In this document: in pieces, positions 32,150 through 35,504 of the stretch
Layout of the letters: the number at the start of each line of letters is the position of its first letter
How positions within the stretch are numbered: position 1 is the first letter of the stretch
Origin: Macrostomum lignano
Taxonomy: Eukaryota
Direction: 5' to 3'
Length of the DNA: 35,504 bases
NCBI GenBank assembly: GCA_002269645.1
Contig: NIVC01003057.1
Span: forward strand, 125,564 to 161,067
Position numbers and translations under genes: made by a program
The notes under the pieces: model-generated
What the model saw: the letters and a program-made list of their open reading frames with translations, nothing else
Told to the model about the DNA's origin: nothing
The model's database searches: none

Positions 32150-32670
32150 CGAAGGATGAGATTCTGATTCGTAAGATTTCAAATCTCAGGTGTGAGATTA
32201 TCAAAAAAGAGTCCAATCTCAGGTCGAGATTATCAAAAGAGTCCAAATCTCGGTTTTGAGATTATCAAAAGATTGAAAATCTCAGGTGTCAGATTATCAA
32301 AATAGTCCAAATCTCAGGTGTGAGATTATCAAAATAGTCCAAATCACAGGTGTGAGATTATCAAAAAGTCCCAATCTCAGGTGTGAGATTATCATAAGAT
32401 TCCTTATCTCAGGTGTGAGATTCTCAAAATAGTCCAATCTCAGGTGTGAGATATCAAAAGATTCCAAATCTCAGGTGTGAGATTATCAAAATAGTCCAAA
32501 TCTGAGGTGTGAGATGATCAAAGTAGTCCAAATCTCAGGTGTGAGATAATAAAATATTTAAAATCTCAGGTTTGAGATGAACAAAAGAGTCCAAATCTCA
32601 GGTGTGAGATTCTTTTTTCAAAGAATCCAACTTAGAATCGAACTGAGATATCAATAAGATTCTCAAAGCA
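32150..32670 (+). repeat. About 32-bp minisatellite with internal hairpin AATCTCA-GGTG-TGAGATT
   Basis: Period 32 (32281 to 32313); 7-bp inverted repeat in each unit. Confidence 0.9.
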
Positions 32671-33344
32671 GGCTCCCTGCTGCGCAGGTATTGGTTGGAC
32701 CCCACATTATGCAGGTGTCGCTTGTTAAGCACGCGCAGGTCCGTCGGTTCCTCCATCCTGGGCTCCTTTCCGTCATCAAGTCGTCCCAGCCTCCTCAGTA
32801 GGTCTGTCACACGAGACATGGTTGGTTAAATGCATGGAATTATCAGTATTTCAGTTTGTGTAGTGTTATAATATACACAAATATATTGAAGATTGGCTAG
32901 TAAGGTTATATAAGAAGAGGGTTAATTAAACCCCTTTAATTGCTAATTATTTCAATCTTTGACCCGCGTGGCAACCGCCTTAGGTATAGAGAAGCGATTC
33001 GAGCAAATTGAATCTATCAGAATTTGACCTGTTGTTTATAATTGCCGGTCAGGGGGATGCAACGGTTATTAAAGGCCTCATCAATACAGCAGCACACCTG
33101 TTAAGGTTTGGTGATGACTTTTTAAAATGCAGCCTTTCGTTGCCAGGGTGGACCATTTGTGAAGCTAATTTTCTACACCATGCTCCAAAACGATCGATCG
33201 AAAATTAAGTATAATTTATTAGTCAGAGAATAAATTGTCTCAGCATCATAAAATGCTTTCTATACAGTCAGATAAACATTGAGTCCTGCCCTCATGCACT
33301 TATTTATAATATTTTTGTATTTTTGCGTATATATACATGATCTG

Positions 33345-34525
33345 TTAGTCTATCTACCGAATCTATACAATTGTCTACCAAATTATACAACTGTCTACCG
33401 AATCTATACAACTGTCTACCGAATCTATTAATCTGTCTACCGAATCTATACAACTGTCTACCGAATCTATCAATCTGTCTACCGAATCTATCAATCTGTC
33501 TACCGAATCTATTAATCTGTCTACCGAATCTATCAAACTGTCTACAGAATCTACCTAACTGTGTACCGAATCTATCCAACTGTCTACCGAATCTATCAAT
33601 TTGTCTACCGAATCTACCTAACTGTCTACCGAATCTATACAACTGTCTACCGAATCTATCAATCTGTCTACCGAATTTATCAATTTGTCTACCGAATCTA
33701 TCAAACTGTCTACCGAATCTATTAATCTGTCTACCGAATCTATCAAACTGTCTACCGAATCTATTAATCTGTCTACCGAATCTATCAATTTGTCTACTGA
33801 ATCTATACAACTGTCTACCGAATCTATCCAACTGTCTACCGAATCTATCCAACTGTCTACCGAATCTATACAACTGTCTACCGAATCTATCAACTGTCTA
33901 CCGAATCTATCCAACTGCCTACCGAATCTATCAAACTGTCTACCGAATCTATCCAACTGTCTACCGAATCTATCAATCTGTCTACCGAATCTATCAACTG
34001 TCTACCGAATCTATCAAACTGTCTACCGAATTTATCAATTTGTCTACCGAATCTATCAAACTGTCTACCGAATCTATTAATCTGTCTACCGAATCTATCA
34101 AACTGTCTACCGAATCTATTAATCTGTCTACCGAATCTATCAATTTGTCTACTGAATCTATACAACTGTCTACCGAATCTATCCAACTGTCTACCGAATC
34201 TATCCAACTGTCTACCGAATCTATACAACTGTCTACCGAATCTATCAAACTGTCTACCGAATCTATTAATCTGTCTACCGAATCTATCAAACTGTCTACC
34301 GAATCTATTAATCTGTCTACCGAATCTATCAATTTGTCTACCGAATCTATCCAACTGCCTACCGAATCTATCAAACTGTCTACCGAATCTATCCAACTGT
34401 CTACCGAATCTATCAATCTGTCTACCGAATCTATCAACTGTCTACCGAATCTATCAACTGTCTACCGAATTTATCAATTTGTCTACAGAATCTATTAATC
34501 TATCCACCGAATCTAGGATTCTGTC
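33345..34525 (+). repeat. 21-bp minisatellite CTGTCTACCGAATCTATCAA(A/T) with 20-bp variants
   Basis: Direct reading; the source of all ORFs in 33304-34498. Confidence 0.95.
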
Positions 34526-35369
34526 TACCAAAACAGATACCAAATAAATCAAAGGTTCCTGAGGTCGTATATTGAACAAACCAACTCGTTTTTTTATAGA
34601 AAAAAAAACGTGCGAAAAATTAAACACCTATAACTGTAAGGTGTCTCAGAGTTATTGAAAAATCAAAATTATGTTGTCCACAAGCAATGTCTGCAACAAC
34701 AACAGTAATAGCAAGTCTAGGAACAAAATAGTATCAAAGAAGAAAAAAATGATGTAAAAAATGGAATTCGGTCCGGCATCCCACACTTTGTGTTGCTGTG
34801 GGCCATTGTTATATAAAATGAAAATATAATTTTGAGAACCTGCAGGGTTGCAACTCAGGGCGAACGGAGACTGACAGGGATGGGGAAAATCACTTTCCCC
34901 CAATCGCCATCTGAAATCTCCCACAGACAATTGCCACTGCCTCTGATTCATGCTGTGTCTGTTTGAAACATATTCAAATCAATAGCCAATAGGTCTCAGC
35001 CCCCGGGCCCGCATCAACCCAAAGGTGAAGTTGAGGGTCGCATCGCCAGACGCAATTTCGCTTTAAAAAATCATTCATCTCCTCAACCTCAATAAAGAAG
35101 ATATTAAAGAAACGAAAAGAAAACACGGAATCTTTGTTAAAGTTTTGTTGCCTGGCTGGTGCTTCAATAAGGGAAGTTTGTCAACTTTGTCTGTCTGCGC
35201 GAGAAATCACGTACATGATGTACCTGGGCTACTGGCTATTCTAAGAAATGAAGGCAAAGAAAGTGGGAGTGGATTTCCTACAACGAGACGGGGTGATTTA
35301 CAGTGCTCCTGGCAACTGCTGTCTTCCCAGAGGATGTTATCTGTCACTCTTAAACAGGTTAACCGCTTT

Positions 35370-35504
35370 TGGATTGGCGCCATTAAAATAATTTTTGATT
35401 TGGCGCTATTTAAACGGTTTTGGCGCGATTGAAACATTTTTGGTTTTGGTGCGATTGAAACAGTTCTGGTTTTGGCGCCATTGAAACAGTTTTTTGTTTG
35501 GCGC
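35370..35504 (+). repeat. Degenerate about 26-bp repeat with TTTGGCGC core, truncated by the window end
   Basis: Five to six TTTGG(C/T)GC..TTGAAAC units. Confidence 0.75.

Noticed and set aside
32150-32670. CRISPR array
   Set aside because: Linkers are short variants of one sequence rather than unique spacers, there are no cas genes, and the context is eukaryotic.

Overview
Eukaryotic (metazoan) genomic DNA: GT-AG introns, GC-rich exons and more than 15 micro/minisatellite arrays. Sequence style is compatible with a flatworm such as Macrostomum (inference only). Two protein-coding genes can be built by hand. (1) Minus strand 23888-31576: an 8-exon Polo-like kinase 4 (PLK4/SAK) with kinase domain, DSGxxS degron, cryptic polo box and PB3, about 761 aa after correcting three 1-nt indels. 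(2) Plus strand 231-3767: the 3' part of an uncharacterised, loosely C14orf93-like gene that the ORF track misses. It contains a tandem array of seven homologous 77-119 nt exons, all with a phase-1 acceptor and a phase-0 GTAAG donor, all ending in R-[KR]-Y-x-R-[VIL]-x-x or a close variant. One docking sequence (407-425) lies in the upstream intron, and a complementary selector sequence precedes each of the seven exons. This is the architecture of Dscam1-type mutually exclusive splicing by competing RNA pairings and is the main discovery candidate. Most long ORFs in the supplied track are translation artefacts of tandem repeats. At least five 1-nt indels across both genes suggest uncorrected long-read assembly errors.
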